DNA of 64,000 nucleotides from a virus: the IMG/VR virus record IMGVR_UViG_3300030103_002259, positions 19,392 to 83,391 of that record; one strand, given 5' to 3'. The notes below the pieces were generated by a model that was not told the DNA's origin, did no database searches, and worked only from the letters and a program-made list of their open reading frames with translations. The position numbers and the translations under genes are program-made. Shown here in pieces: positions 1-11,374 of the stretch (its first letter is position 1; every line of letters starts with the position of its first letter).

Positions 1-2
1 TG

Positions 3-3000
3 AGCATTTGGTGCATACTCTCCATCACGTAGTATAGATTCTAATTTATTATATATTTTACTAATTTCCTCTGACTTTGTATTAGCTGTAGCTTTATAAG
101 GTAAAAAGTTAAGAGTAGGAGGTTTTGCTAACTCTTCTGCTTTTAAACGGTTTACTCTAGCTAACTCTTCATTAAGCTCATCAATTAAATAAACTTGTTG
201 TTTTAACCATCTATCCCTTAAAGTTTCATATTTATTAGGATCTACCTCTTTTAAATTTTCACTCTCCTCTAAATCAGTTACTAAAAATTCATCAAACTGA
301 AAAGTTATCTCTTCCTGAGCATCAACATCAAAATCTTTAAATGGTGTATCTGTAGTGTAAAACGCAGGAGCATTTATTTCTCTATCAGAAGATCTAAACT
401 CATCAGTCAACTTTTCTAAAAGAGCATCATACTCCTCATTAATTTGTTTAACAGACTCCTTATAAGATACATTTATTGGATCTAACAGATAAGCATCAGC
501 GTTTTCTCCAACTATAAGTTTATCAGTTTCAGCATCATTAATTTCTTGTTGAAGCTGATCTTTAACATCAGTCAAATATGCAGACAAAATTAACTTTTGA
601 AATGCAGCACCTACCTGAGTATCTCGTAATACAGACTCATCAACATCAGCTTTTATTTTATCAGCAGTCTTATTTAATTTTTGTAAGCTTTCTGGTATAG
701 TAATTAATCTTTCTACAGATTCTTGAAACTGTTCCTCAGTAATAAACCCTTCTGCAACTGTAGATTGATATGCAGCCTCCAGCAATACATAATCATTACT
801 TTCTAATTGATTTAGAATACTATTTAGTAGGTTCATTCTTGCAACTAAATCTATACGTTGTTGCTCAGTATCAACCTCTCTTTTATCAATCTCTTTTAGT
901 AGTTCATCAAGAGTATTACCAAACTTTTCTTTAAATGCAATATCAAACTCTTCTTTTTCATAATTAAGAGCTTCGGTTCTAGCAGCTTCTATCTCATTTT
1001 TTCTAGCCTCAAAAGTATCTTTATCAGTAACATCCTCTTGATCATCTCTCTGATAGTCTGCCTCAGCAGCCATTTCAAATAATTCTACATACTCCTCATA
1101 TAAAAGACTATCCTTATTTATTATTCTTTTGTTAGTTATATCTATAAAATAATCAGGTAGTTTATCATGATCTTCAACCCAGTCTGCAAACTGTTCTAGA
1201 TCTACAAAGATACCTTTATCTGCAAGCTCATTTATTAAAGCATTTTTTTCTATATTAGATTGATTAGCATCAACTATATCTTTAAAGTATTGCTCTCTAT
1301 TATTATAGAGATCTTTCATCCACTTAAAATTAGAATCAACATGCTCAAAGAAATCTTTTGGATTACTTAGTAGATTAATATATGTAGCAAGACCAGCATT
1401 TTCATTTTTAATAATGTGCATATTTAATAATGAATCAAATAAATTATCAAAACTTTCATTATCTAATTGCATCTCAAGCTTTGCTCTTTCTTGTGGATCA
1501 GAGACTAATGACATTAATAAATTTCTAAATGAATCTTTGTATCTTGAAAATTCAGTAGTTTTACCATCTTCAAAATCTTTCATCATTTCATTTAAGACCT
1601 GTATCTCAACCTCTTCTGGGGTCAATGATGGATCTTTTTCCATCATTTCAGTCTTAAGATTACTAACAATTTTATTTTTAAAGTATGCATTTATCAGATC
1701 ATTCTGAGCAGATTCATACTCTTTAAGAGCTTCTATTTTTGCTTGTCTAAATTCTAGGTCTTGATTGATCTCAGATTGATATTCTAAATTAGGATTAGAT
1801 CTTAAACCATCTAACTCAGTTTCTAACATTGCAATCTCTCTACTTAGCTTTGCAGGATCTACTAAAGAACTTACTTCTGAGAAGTTTAAGTTTTTAATAG
1901 CATCTACTTCACTTAGCATATTATAAAGCTTGCTTTGTGTTTTTAGGTTCTCATCAAAAGAACTTTGAAAAAAGACAAAGTTTTGTAGCGCTAATTGGTA
2001 CGCTCTATTATATATTTGAGCCTTCTGATAATCTTCACTACCTTTTTTAAAGTCATCTAAATTAATTTGATACTTCATTTTATCTCTAGCAGCACGGTAC
2101 CTCTTAGAAACCATCTCTGCAGACTGTATATTTGCATCTAAATCAGCTAGAGCTTTTTGACCCTGACCTGACTCAAGCCCCCAAGCTTCTTCAATATCTT
2201 TAGGACTAGCTTCTTTATAAGACTTTAAATTCTTTAAGAACATATCAAAAGTATTATTCTGTAAAGATGTCATAGCAGCACTCATAAATGCGGCAAATGC
2301 AGTATCTTTAGCCTCTTTCTCAGTTATTTCTTCTGAGTCTATTGTTTTAGCAGCTAGCATCTGATTTGCATAATTACTAAATCTTGGGTCAAAAAAGAAT
2401 TTAGCATCTTTATGCATTGTGTTTAAAGCATCTTTCATTTGATTAGCCTGTTCTTCTTGACTATCTAAATACTCTTGCCAATTATTTCTATGCTTATAAA
2501 ATCTATTGTAACCCATAGTGGCACCATTAACCAATCTACCTGGTAACTGTAAGATAGTTCCCATGGCAAAACCTGATGCAAATGTTTCAAAACCTTGAGC
2601 ACTAATTTGTTGATCTATACCATTACTTAATTGACCCAATACATATTGCATGTTTTTAGCGCTTGGGTCATAAAAAGTTTTCTTATAATATTGTTTAGTA
2701 GCTTCATTTAAAACATCTTGAGCAGTCTCTTGAAATCCTTCCATGACATTACCCTTAAAGTAATTCCATGCAGTATTACCCCATACTTTAGGCTTAGTAA
2801 ATCCTTTTAAAGCATTTTTAAAACCTATTTTTTCTATATTATATGCACCATCTACAACCTTTTTTCCTGGATCATATACAAGCTGGTATTCTCTATTAGC
2901 TCTACCTAAAACAGTAGTGCCCGCAGCCATCTTAGATGTACCTCGTAAGAAACTAGCTTGTGTAATAGAAGGGAATACAATCTTATTTGTATAAAAAACT

Positions 3001-4223
3001 AATGCTGAATTATGTAAAGAGTTTCTCCAACCAGCTGCATCAGCTTGTTGCATAAATTCACTCTGTAGTTCAGCACTTGGAGCAACACCATATTTGGAGT
3101 AGTAATCATTATATAATTCATCATATGTTTGTTGCTTAGTAAAACCACCCTCAAGTCTACCTTCAGAAATAGCCATATTCATATTCTTGACATCATTCCA
3201 AAAAGCGCCCGCAGTTCTTGAATATCTTGCTAGATTAGTTAAATTTTTAGAAGTTTTAATACCTTCATAAGTATTATCTAATGGGTTTATAAATTTACCA
3301 AAGTTTCCAGCAGCTTGTTTCCAAAGTTGTTTTGATTTTGCAACATTAGAATACGTTTTAATCTGCTTCATCATATTACCCATTGCTTTAGCAGATTGAT
3401 ATAATGATTTAGGTAGTCTTGCAAAGTTCTTAAACATACCTGTTACACCACCTAAAGCAGCGCCAGGAACAGCTCCAACACCACCTTCTGCTAAACCTAC
3501 AGCACCACCAATAAGAGCACCTTCTATAGCACCTTCTAATAATATACCAGCTGAGTAACCAGCACTTAAAACTAAATTATTTGTGAAACCACCTAATCCA
3601 CCCTTACTACTATAAGCAAGTTGATTTAAATAATCATATTCTGAAGCTTCTTCATCACTTGTATCAAAAGGACTTTTACCTTGCATCATATTACCATATG
3701 AATGCAAAGGACTCATAAAACCTAATCCTAGCATTGGTAAAGCAGCAACTTTCAATGTTCTACTTAGATCATCACCAAAGCTTGTATTATCATTATACCA
3801 AGACTCATTATCAATAAGTGGGTTAAATCCTATTTTATTATACGTCTCTTGACCATAAGCCTTATATCTATCTTTAAATGCACCTTTAGGAGATGAATCA
3901 AAAGTATACATAGGAGCATACGCTCTTTTGTTTTGTTGTGAATTTACTGTAGCTGCAGTTTTTCTAGATAAAGCCTCGATCCAATCACCACCTAAATCTG
4001 GATTAGTAGAATTTTCTTTAACATCTTGAGGTGTATAGTATGGTGGTAATCCCCCTGTATTTTTTTGAGTATCAAACGTAGTATTTTCAAAAGCATTAGG
4101 TACAGAATTAGGAAACATAGGTGTTAATTCATTAGACATACCTATTTTTGCAGGATCAAACATGTCTGTCATACCAGCCAACTCATCAACTTGACTATCT
4201 GGATTTAATTTTTCTTCTGCCAT
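3..4223 (-). CDS. Giant putative virion cargo/ejection protein, N-terminal part only; runs off the left edge of the window
   Basis: Not in the ORF track because there is no stop in the window. ATG at 4223 (MAEEKLNPDSQ...) sits 3 nt after the upstream stop, and the frame is open wherever I checked it (3420-3560 and 3-50). It has a Gly-rich hydrophobic segment (GILLEGAIEGALIGGAVGLAEGGVGAVPGAALGG). Its position matches the giant cargo/virion RNA polymerase genes of crAss-like phages. Confidence 0.75.
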   Translation of the reverse strand, partial: MAEEKLNPDSQVDELAGMTDMFDPAKIGMSNELTPMFPNSVPNAFENTTFDTQKNTGGLPPYYTPQDVKENSTNPDLGGDWIEALSRKTAATVNSQQNKRAYAPMYTFDSSPKGAFKDRYKAYGQETYNKIGFNPLIDNESWYNDNTSFGDDLSRTLKVAALPMLGLGFMSPLHSYGNMMQGKSPFDTSDEEASEYDYLNQLAYSSKGGLGGFTNNLVLSAGYSAGILLEGAIEGALIGGAVGLAEGGVGAVPGAALGGVTGMFKNFARLPKSLYQSAKAMGNMMKQIKTYSNVAKSKQLWKQAAGNFGKFINPLDNTYEGIKTSKNLTNLARYSRTAGAFWNDVKNMNMAISEGRLEGGFTKQQTYDELYNDYYSKYGVAPSAELQSEFMQQADAAGWRNSLHNSALVFYTNKIVFPSITQASFLRGTSKMAAGTTVLGRANREYQLVYDPGKKVVDGAYNIEKIGFKNALKGFTKPKVWGNTAWNYFKGNVMEGFQETAQDVLNEATKQYYKKTFYDPSAKNMQYVLGQLSNGIDQQISAQGFETFASGFAMGTILQLPGRLVNGATMGYNRFYKHRNNWQEYLDSQEEQANQMKDALNTMHKDAKFFFDPRFSNYANQMLAAKTIDSEEITEKEAKDTAFAAFMSAAMTSLQNNTFDMFLKNLKSYKEASPKDIEEAWGLESGQGQKALADLDANIQSAEMVSKRYRAARDKMKYQINLDDFKKGSEDYQKAQIYNRAYQLALQNFVFFQSSFDENLKTQSKLYNMLSEVDAIKNLNFSEVSSLVDPAKLSREIAMLETELDGLRSNPNLEYQSEINQDLEFRQAKIEALKEYESAQNDLINAYFKNKIVSNLKTEMMEKDPSLTPEEVEIQVLNEMMKDFEDGKTTEFSRYKDSFRNLLMSLVSDPQERAKLEMQLDNESFDNLFDSLLNMHIIKNENAGLATYINLLSNPKDFFEHVDSNFKWMKDLYNNREQYFKDIVDANQSNIEKNALINELADKGIFVDLEQFADWVEDHDKLPDYFIDITNKRIINKDSLLYEEYVELFEMAAEADYQRDDQEDVTDKDTFEARKNEIEAARTEALNYEKEEFDIAFKEKFGNTLDELLKEIDKREVDTEQQRIDLVARMNLLNSILNQLESNDYVLLEAAYQSTVAEGFITEEQFQESVERLITIPESLQKLNKTADKIKADVDESVLRDTQVGAAFQKLILSAYLTDVKDQLQQEINDAETDKLIVGENADAYLLDPINVSYKESVKQINEEYDALLEKLTDEFRSSDREINAPAFYTTDTPFKDFDVDAQEEITFQFDEFLVTDLEESENLKEVDPNKYETLRDRWLKQQVYLIDELNEELARVNRLKAEELAKPPTLNFLPYKATANTKSEEISKIYNKLESILRDGEYAPNA

Positions 4224-4225
4224 AA

Positions 4226-7200
4226 TTAATCATTATAGTTAAACCCAACATTAGATGGGGTCATACCAAATACCTTTTCTGCATTAGCAATAGCTTCTTC
4301 ATTACCTTCCTTAACAAACTTTTTATACATCATTTGATTTTGCATAGAAGCTGCATTTATTGCTTCCATCATACTTCTTTGAATATCCTCAAGTGTTGAA
4401 CCATTTCTATTTACACCATAAGATAAAGGTTGAGGTGATGAGGTTTTAATTGTACCATCTGCCATTAACCCCTGCAAAGTAAAAATACCTTGATGTGTTA
4501 CCCCAGGGACACCATCAATTTTTTGTATAATGTAAGAACCTGCATTATAAGGATCTTGATATTCAATTTCACCAAGAGCATTTAAAGCCATTTCTAATGG
4601 TGTTTCTTTATTTGTAGTTATAAATTCATTAGCCCATTCATTTTTTGGAGCAATAAATGTTATACCATTACTCATAATATTATCAATAGATGCATTGATA
4701 GCGCTTTTATCATCAGTCTCACCCTCATAATTTTGATATGGTACTGACTTAATATTCTCTTCTAAAAACTTTCTACTTGGAAATATAGTAATTGCATTTG
4801 TATTTCTATCTTCCATAGCTATACGCGAGTTACTAATTTTAATAGGATCTATTTTAGAACCAGCTTTAATTGCATTTTGAAATAAAGTTTCTACAAGACG
4901 CACAGCCTTATTTGGTTCCAAATCATGTTTAAATCTACCATCTTCTTGTGACTCAGGTTTTGCTAAACCAACAGTACTAACTCTATAATTACCTACTTGA
5001 TTAAAAGTAATTTTATTTAGATCTTGTATAATACCTTGGAAATCTCTAAAACCTTGGCTTTGTGGATCTTGCATATTTACATATCTATCTTCAAAGTTAC
5101 TAGCTAATGAAGCTTTTCCACCAATAGCGCCTGAACTAATACCATTAATCATAGTAATAAGTCCTGTTTCTTTATTTGGATCATAGACAATACCATTATA
5201 AGCTTCATCTAAAACAGATTCTATATCATTAGCAAAAGAGCTTGCTTGTTCAACCTCTCCAGCAGCAGTATTATTTTGTTTTTTCCATTCTGCAGCTAAC
5301 TCATCTCTATAATCTGAAACTGAATCATAACCTGAAGCTCTTGGTATATCCCAATAATCAGCTGTATTAATTAATTCAGGTTCAGATTCTAAACCATACT
5401 GTCGTTCTAATGATTGCATAGTAGCATCATTATCTATATATCTATTTAGCTCTTCCCATTGCTCACTACTTAAACCTTTTGTTTCATTCCAATCAGTTCC
5501 CTTTTTAATTTTACCTACAACTTCTCTTTCCTTAATGGCATTTTTTTCAAGTATCTTAGGTAAAATGTTTTCTAAAACATATGATTCTACATCAGGACCA
5601 GCATAATCAGTACCATCAATATTTACTAACTCATCCACATCCTCTAATTCTCTACCATCTTGTATAGCAGTTTCATTTTCTCCTAACTTTCTAACAAGAC
5701 CAGCTCCATCAAAATATTGTTCCTTATAATATTCAGCTAAATCATGTATATCATCTTCATCTAAAACATCAGAATACTTTTTAGTCAAAGCTATTTTTAA
5801 ACCATCCATTACTTTAGATGAATTAATATCATAGATTTTTTCATTAGCCTGTTCCAGTTGAAGATATTGTTCAAACTTCATTCTAGAATCTACTAGTTTA
5901 GGTTCAGATACTAACCATCTATCAGATGTAGTAGATCCTGCGTTTTTTATTAACCAATTTTCCCAACCATCATGAGCAAAAGTATTTTGCATCATACTTC
6001 TACCTTTAGTCTTATCTTTAGTCCAAGTTTCATACATTTTTTGAAACTTATCAAAAGCTTTTTCATTTGCATCTTCACTATAAGTTCCTGGCCTTTCAAA
6101 TAATGTATTTGGATTTAATTCAGATTGTCCAGTAAACATTTGAGCTGTCATTAACTCACTTATGCCAGGGGCAAACCTATCTGGATTAGGTCTAAGTGTT
6201 ACCTGACTACCATCTTGTAATGTACCAATATATCCATTAGGAGATTTTACAACGTCCTTATATTTACCTGTGGACATATAAAACTCCTTAGTACTCATTT
6301 CTTTTATCTTTCTACCAATGGCACTATTAGGATCTAATCTATCATTACCACCTTTAACTGCCATTTCTCTAGCAAAAGTTCCAACACTAACTAAATTTTT
6401 ATCAGTTAAAATTTGATTCAACTCTTTTTTAGTAATTGCATTTGTTTTAACTAAGTTATGCAAAGTTGTATATAGCGCATCATAAAATGGATCTTTGGCA
6501 GCACTCTCAGAGTTCTTTAACATTTCTGCATTCAATGCTGCTAAATCTATAGGATCTTCAGTTGTGCTTCCTGGATCACTACTTTTTCTTTCAAAAGTTT
6601 TATCATAGTCATCATTATTAACTAATGTACCACCAAGTAAAGGGTTTTTAGGATCAATAGCTTTATATTGAAACTTACCATTTTTTATACCCCAGTCTAT
6701 ATATTTTTGATGAGCTTTTGCTTTTGCTTTTAATGTATTCTCATACTCAATTTGACTTCTTTTGTATTTATTTTTTATTCTCTCCAACCCAAGTTTACTT
6801 AAGTCTTGTTCATATACAGCATCTATAGTAGAATAACCTTGCGCAGCCAAACCAATATCTGCACGAGCAAACTGAGAGGCCATACCTGCATCTACCTTCA
6901 TTCTAGCTAAATCCATATTCTGAAGATTTAAACCCCCAGATTGACCTTGAGTAACTGCAGTTCTATTAGCATCATTGAGTTTAGCGTTTAGTTTACGTGT
7001 ACTCATCAAGATTGCTTCTTGTACTGTGGCTCCAGAAGCCAATGCTTCTAAATATTTTTTTTGTTTAGGATTTACATTACCAGCTTCTATAGCATCTTCA
7101 ACTTCATTAGACTTTTGTTTAGTAACTTTTAAATCTTCAGCAGCTAATTTATTTTGATCATTTGCTTGGTTAGCTAACCAGTTATATTGTTTTTCTAAAT

Positions 7201-8005
7201 AAGCTTTTTCTGCAGCGTTTTTATCAGAACCATATTCACCTAAATGTTGGTTAATCCAGTCCTTTCTTTCCACATATGCTCTTACTCTATATATATCCTG
7301 AAGCTTTGGATTTTTAGCATACTCTGCAATAAACATTTGATTTAATGTTGGTATCAACTGTTGACCGTTTCTTGCAGTAATAGTTATATCACCATAAGGA
7401 TCTTTTTGACCTTGTTGATTTACATTATATTTAGATTGAGCTTTAATGCCTAGCTTTTTAGCCATGTCCATATAATGCTGCACTGAATTAATATATGGTG
7501 TATACTTAACATTATTAAAACCCAATGTTTCCTCTAAAGTAGCATCAGCAAAATCTTGCATCTGATAGTTAATAGCTTTAATACCTTGAGGCCACCATTG
7601 AGAAGATAACTTTTCATCTTGAGAGTTTTGCAAAGAGTTAGCTCTTGCCAATACATTATAAGCATTCTTTGTATATGCCATATCTTTCATCAAGTACTTA
7701 TCTTCATAGAATGGTCTAAATACTTGTGTAGCCTGCTGTACATTTTGTTGTAATGATAAATCAAGATTAGTTACCTTCTTTAAGTTATTATCTATATCTC
7801 TAAGTAGAACATCCTTTTTTTCTTTATTTAGATTGTGAGTCAAAGGAGCATTGATAATATCAGAATAGATATTATTAAGTTCATTATAGTTTTTATCATA
7901 CTGATTTTGCTTAGTCTGCAAAACATTAGCATAAAAGTTAAAGTCAGGCTGAAAAGGCTGATAATCTGGTATGTAATCTGTTACTCCCTGTAAATACGTT
8001 GCCAT
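4226..8005 (-). CDS. Large putative virion cargo (ejected) protein, 1259 aa
   Basis: Long, helical-looking ORF starting MATYLQGVTDYIP..FQPDFNFY. It lies in the cargo block downstream of the muzzle gene. Confidence 0.6.
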   Translation of the reverse strand: MATYLQGVTDYIPDYQPFQPDFNFYANVLQTKQNQYDKNYNELNNIYSDIINAPLTHNLNKEKKDVLLRDIDNNLKKVTNLDLSLQQNVQQATQVFRPFYEDKYLMKDMAYTKNAYNVLARANSLQNSQDEKLSSQWWPQGIKAINYQMQDFADATLEETLGFNNVKYTPYINSVQHYMDMAKKLGIKAQSKYNVNQQGQKDPYGDITITARNGQQLIPTLNQMFIAEYAKNPKLQDIYRVRAYVERKDWINQHLGEYGSDKNAAEKAYLEKQYNWLANQANDQNKLAAEDLKVTKQKSNEVEDAIEAGNVNPKQKKYLEALASGATVQEAILMSTRKLNAKLNDANRTAVTQGQSGGLNLQNMDLARMKVDAGMASQFARADIGLAAQGYSTIDAVYEQDLSKLGLERIKNKYKRSQIEYENTLKAKAKAHQKYIDWGIKNGKFQYKAIDPKNPLLGGTLVNNDDYDKTFERKSSDPGSTTEDPIDLAALNAEMLKNSESAAKDPFYDALYTTLHNLVKTNAITKKELNQILTDKNLVSVGTFAREMAVKGGNDRLDPNSAIGRKIKEMSTKEFYMSTGKYKDVVKSPNGYIGTLQDGSQVTLRPNPDRFAPGISELMTAQMFTGQSELNPNTLFERPGTYSEDANEKAFDKFQKMYETWTKDKTKGRSMMQNTFAHDGWENWLIKNAGSTTSDRWLVSEPKLVDSRMKFEQYLQLEQANEKIYDINSSKVMDGLKIALTKKYSDVLDEDDIHDLAEYYKEQYFDGAGLVRKLGENETAIQDGRELEDVDELVNIDGTDYAGPDVESYVLENILPKILEKNAIKEREVVGKIKKGTDWNETKGLSSEQWEELNRYIDNDATMQSLERQYGLESEPELINTADYWDIPRASGYDSVSDYRDELAAEWKKQNNTAAGEVEQASSFANDIESVLDEAYNGIVYDPNKETGLITMINGISSGAIGGKASLASNFEDRYVNMQDPQSQGFRDFQGIIQDLNKITFNQVGNYRVSTVGLAKPESQEDGRFKHDLEPNKAVRLVETLFQNAIKAGSKIDPIKISNSRIAMEDRNTNAITIFPSRKFLEENIKSVPYQNYEGETDDKSAINASIDNIMSNGITFIAPKNEWANEFITTNKETPLEMALNALGEIEYQDPYNAGSYIIQKIDGVPGVTHQGIFTLQGLMADGTIKTSSPQPLSYGVNRNGSTLEDIQRSMMEAINAASMQNQMMYKKFVKEGNEEAIANAEKVFGMTPSNVGFNYND

Positions 8006-8064
8006 AATTTATTGTCTATTTGTAAATCTATTAAAATTTTATAAGTTTAATAAATGTTTAAAGT

Positions 8065-11000
8065 TTATAATATAAATGGATATACATTACTTGCATAAAC
8101 AAACCCACCATCATCATATACATATCCGCCTTTCTGATTTCCTTGTATTGGAAGATTACCAGCATTAACACCACCATATCCTGGAGGTGTCCCAGAATTA
8201 CTAACAGATGTAGCACTAGCTTGCAACTTCTCTTTCATCTCTATACACTGTTTTATTTCTGCTTCACTAGTTGCACCTTCATTCTGACATTCTGTTTTTA
8301 ATTCACCATAGCTCTTACGAACAGTTGAACGTTTACCAGTCATATCTCTACCACCTTTAAATGCTAAACTACCTCCATCAGCTGGATTAATATCATACTG
8401 CTCATTCAATGCATTAAGATTCTGTTGCTTCTGTCTATTTGTAATAGCATTTGTATACAGATTTCTTAAGTTAGTTCTAGCAGCTAACTTAGCATTATCA
8501 AACTGTTGATTAGCTACAGTGGTTTGATCATACAAGTTCTGACTTATCTGTTGATTAGTAAGTTGTTCTTGATTTCTGATACCAACCTTTTGTTGCTCAT
8601 TAGCATTAGCAGCAGCTATGTTATTTACGTTATACTGATTTAATGTATCTGCAGCTTGTTTAGCAGCTTGACCTTGTATACTAGCAGCTCTTGCAGATTG
8701 AGCCTGTGCTCCAGCAAACTGACTAATTGCTTGCGTTTGTATATTAGCCTGTTCAGCTTGTGCTGCAAGCTCTCTAGTTGGATCAGCATATATAGCATCA
8801 GGTTCTTCAAGATCTACTCTTGGCGCCCAAGGCATATATTTTTTAATACCCATTAAATCACCAAAGGCTCCAGTAGTTTTAATTGTATCTTGTAGCCACC
8901 ATGGAGCTGGTTCATCTTCTACAAGTATATTTTCATTCTCTTCACATGGTAAACAATCACCTGTTGCAGGGTCCACACCTACATCTATTATACTACCATC
9001 TTTTTTCTCACATGGACATTTCTTTTTATCCTCTTTAGGATCACATGGACATTTACCATTCTCATCTTTTTCCATATAGAAATCACCATTAGGATCATCA
9101 CATTGACAACCATAATCTACACTAGTTGATTTTATACCTGTAAGTTCTCCAGCAGTAGTGTTACCATATACACTTGCATATCTATTACTACCACGCCCAT
9201 TTGGATCTAATTCTTCAGGCTGTACTATACCATCACCATCTAAATCTAAACTTTCAAAATCATCTATAGGAGATACATTAGTACCAAGATAACCTCTCAT
9301 TCCAGTTTCATCTGGATCACCCTCTTGTTGTTGACCCATAAAGTTTCTAATAGCAAATTGTGTATCTGCATCATAACTACTTGCATTATTCATCATATTA
9401 GCATATGCATGAAAACCTGCTTGTTGAGCCGCTCTACTATTTTTACCATCACCTAGTTCACCGCTTCCAGAACCCATTTCTAAAGGTTCACCTATAGCAG
9501 TTGCTATTTGACCTAAAGAAATATTATTAGGATTTACTAAATCACCATTTCTATCACGTCTACCATATTCTTCAGCTATAAACTTTTTAGCTGAATTAAA
9601 TTCTGTTTGAGTAGTTATAGGTGTACCTGTTTCAGGATTTACTATATCCATACCAGAATTTATACGAGCCTCTACATCAGGCCAACTTCTAAAACCTTTA
9701 CCACTATTACTAAATAATACAGGATCAATTTGTTTAGCTTTAAACATCAAGTTCCTTTTCTGCATCTTCATGAACTGTTCAATTCTTTCATCTGGGTTAA
9801 AAGCTCTTAATGATGCTTCATTTGCTGTTTTAGCAGCAGCATTTCTATAACCACGAACATCTGATATTGAATTTTCGTATTCTTTATTAAATTGATCTCT
9901 AATCTTAGGGTCTTTAAAACCTTCTTTTAAAAGATAATATTGAATAGCAGCCGCTTTACCAGAAGGAGTTGTGCCAAAATCAGTACCCATAGTTTCTTCA
10001 TCATAATCAGGAGTAACCCCTGTTTGATATTTACCTATACTTTTGGTACCATCAGCATTAACTCTAATAATTTTTTTTCCGTCTTGATTTGCTTGCCAAG
10101 CTTTTCTTTCATAATCAGGATCATTAACATTAATTTCTACACCATTCTGTGCTTTAGGTATAGATCTACCTACAGAAGCTTTAGGTGTATCATAAAATGG
10201 CATATCATAACCACCCATCATCATACCATACATAGCCATAGGCATACCACCATATTGTTTCTCTGATATTTTTGGCGCATCTATACCATATTGTTCTAAT
10301 CCTTGATAAAATAAATCTAAATCATTAGACCACTCAGTATTATGAGGACCTTCTGTTAAACCTTCTTCCATTAACCTCACAATACCTTGTAAGTGATCGG
10401 GATTATTATAATCTTTTACCAGACAATCTAAGCAAAACTTAAATGTGCCATCAGCATTCATCATATCAGGATCCTGATTCCACATGTCAGGATTATTTAT
10501 AAAGTAATCATACTCTCCTCTAGCATAATCATAAAAACTTTGTGGCTCATCTTGAACTTCAGCTTGTTGTACATCAATGCCATTTTGAGCTCTTAAAATT
10601 CTTCCACCAAAAGACATTGATGGTTGTGCAACAGGAGCTTGATTCATTTCTTCTGCTTCAGCAACATCTTCACTCATCTCACCATCTTCTCCACCACCTT
10701 CTTTTTCTTCAACCTTTTTTGTTAATTGTTGATTTACTGCTTTTAACTGAGGGTTAACAATATCAGCCTCCTCAATATTATAGATTTTTGCAGCGGGCTG
10801 TGCAACAGCAGGTAAACCTTGCGGCATACCTTTCATAGACTCTTGTACTAAAGCTAATTCAGCTAGTTTAAGATTATAATTCTTAATCATTAACTCAGCT
10901 GTTTTTCTTGATAACTGATCTGAATCAGGATCTTCTAAAATTTTTCTATACTTATTAATATCATATTGTTTAGCAATCTTAGCAGGAGTTAAAGATTTTT

Positions 11001-11373
11001 TTTCATTCTTACCAAAACGTTTTAAAAGTTTTGGGTCTTTTACTTTCATTGATCTAGTATCACTATAGATAAAAGTATCATCTGGTAAGCTTAAAGGAAC
11101 ACCACCACTACTATGGCGTGGACCTTTTATTATTTTATGTTCTGGAATACCATCACCATTCAAATCACCAAGTACAGTTTCACCACCTTCAGCCTCAACA
11201 TTAGCCTCATCTCTAGGTACACTAGTTATAAACTTACTTAAACTTAATGCAGGCTGTTGCATAGACTGAGTACTTCGCCCACCCATTGCAGCATTATCAT
11301 TATACAAGCTATAATCTACTTGTTGTCCGACTTTAGCTTTAGGTAATCTTTTTATTCTTACTCTTCTTTTCAT
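8065..11373 (-). CDS. Putative cargo protein with NVEAEGGE...GPRHSSGGV domain, EF-hand-like loop and Gln/Ala coiled coil
   Basis: 1102 aa. Has an EAEGGE and G-x-x-H-x-x-GGV segment of the kind seen in crAss-like cargo proteins, a DLDGDGIVQPEE loop, a Cys cluster and several xQxGG/PKAQxG motifs. Confidence 0.6.
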   Translation of the reverse strand: MKRRVRIKRLPKAKVGQQVDYSLYNDNAAMGGRSTQSMQQPALSLSKFITSVPRDEANVEAEGGETVLGDLNGDGIPEHKIIKGPRHSSGGVPLSLPDDTFIYSDTRSMKVKDPKLLKRFGKNEKKSLTPAKIAKQYDINKYRKILEDPDSDQLSRKTAELMIKNYNLKLAELALVQESMKGMPQGLPAVAQPAAKIYNIEEADIVNPQLKAVNQQLTKKVEEKEGGGEDGEMSEDVAEAEEMNQAPVAQPSMSFGGRILRAQNGIDVQQAEVQDEPQSFYDYARGEYDYFINNPDMWNQDPDMMNADGTFKFCLDCLVKDYNNPDHLQGIVRLMEEGLTEGPHNTEWSNDLDLFYQGLEQYGIDAPKISEKQYGGMPMAMYGMMMGGYDMPFYDTPKASVGRSIPKAQNGVEINVNDPDYERKAWQANQDGKKIIRVNADGTKSIGKYQTGVTPDYDEETMGTDFGTTPSGKAAAIQYYLLKEGFKDPKIRDQFNKEYENSISDVRGYRNAAAKTANEASLRAFNPDERIEQFMKMQKRNLMFKAKQIDPVLFSNSGKGFRSWPDVEARINSGMDIVNPETGTPITTQTEFNSAKKFIAEEYGRRDRNGDLVNPNNISLGQIATAIGEPLEMGSGSGELGDGKNSRAAQQAGFHAYANMMNNASSYDADTQFAIRNFMGQQQEGDPDETGMRGYLGTNVSPIDDFESLDLDGDGIVQPEELDPNGRGSNRYASVYGNTTAGELTGIKSTSVDYGCQCDDPNGDFYMEKDENGKCPCDPKEDKKKCPCEKKDGSIIDVGVDPATGDCLPCEENENILVEDEPAPWWLQDTIKTTGAFGDLMGIKKYMPWAPRVDLEEPDAIYADPTRELAAQAEQANIQTQAISQFAGAQAQSARAASIQGQAAKQAADTLNQYNVNNIAAANANEQQKVGIRNQEQLTNQQISQNLYDQTTVANQQFDNAKLAARTNLRNLYTNAITNRQKQQNLNALNEQYDINPADGGSLAFKGGRDMTGKRSTVRKSYGELKTECQNEGATSEAEIKQCIEMKEKLQASATSVSNSGTPPGYGGVNAGNLPIQGNQKGGYVYDDGGFVYASNVYPFIL

Positions 11374-11374
11374 A

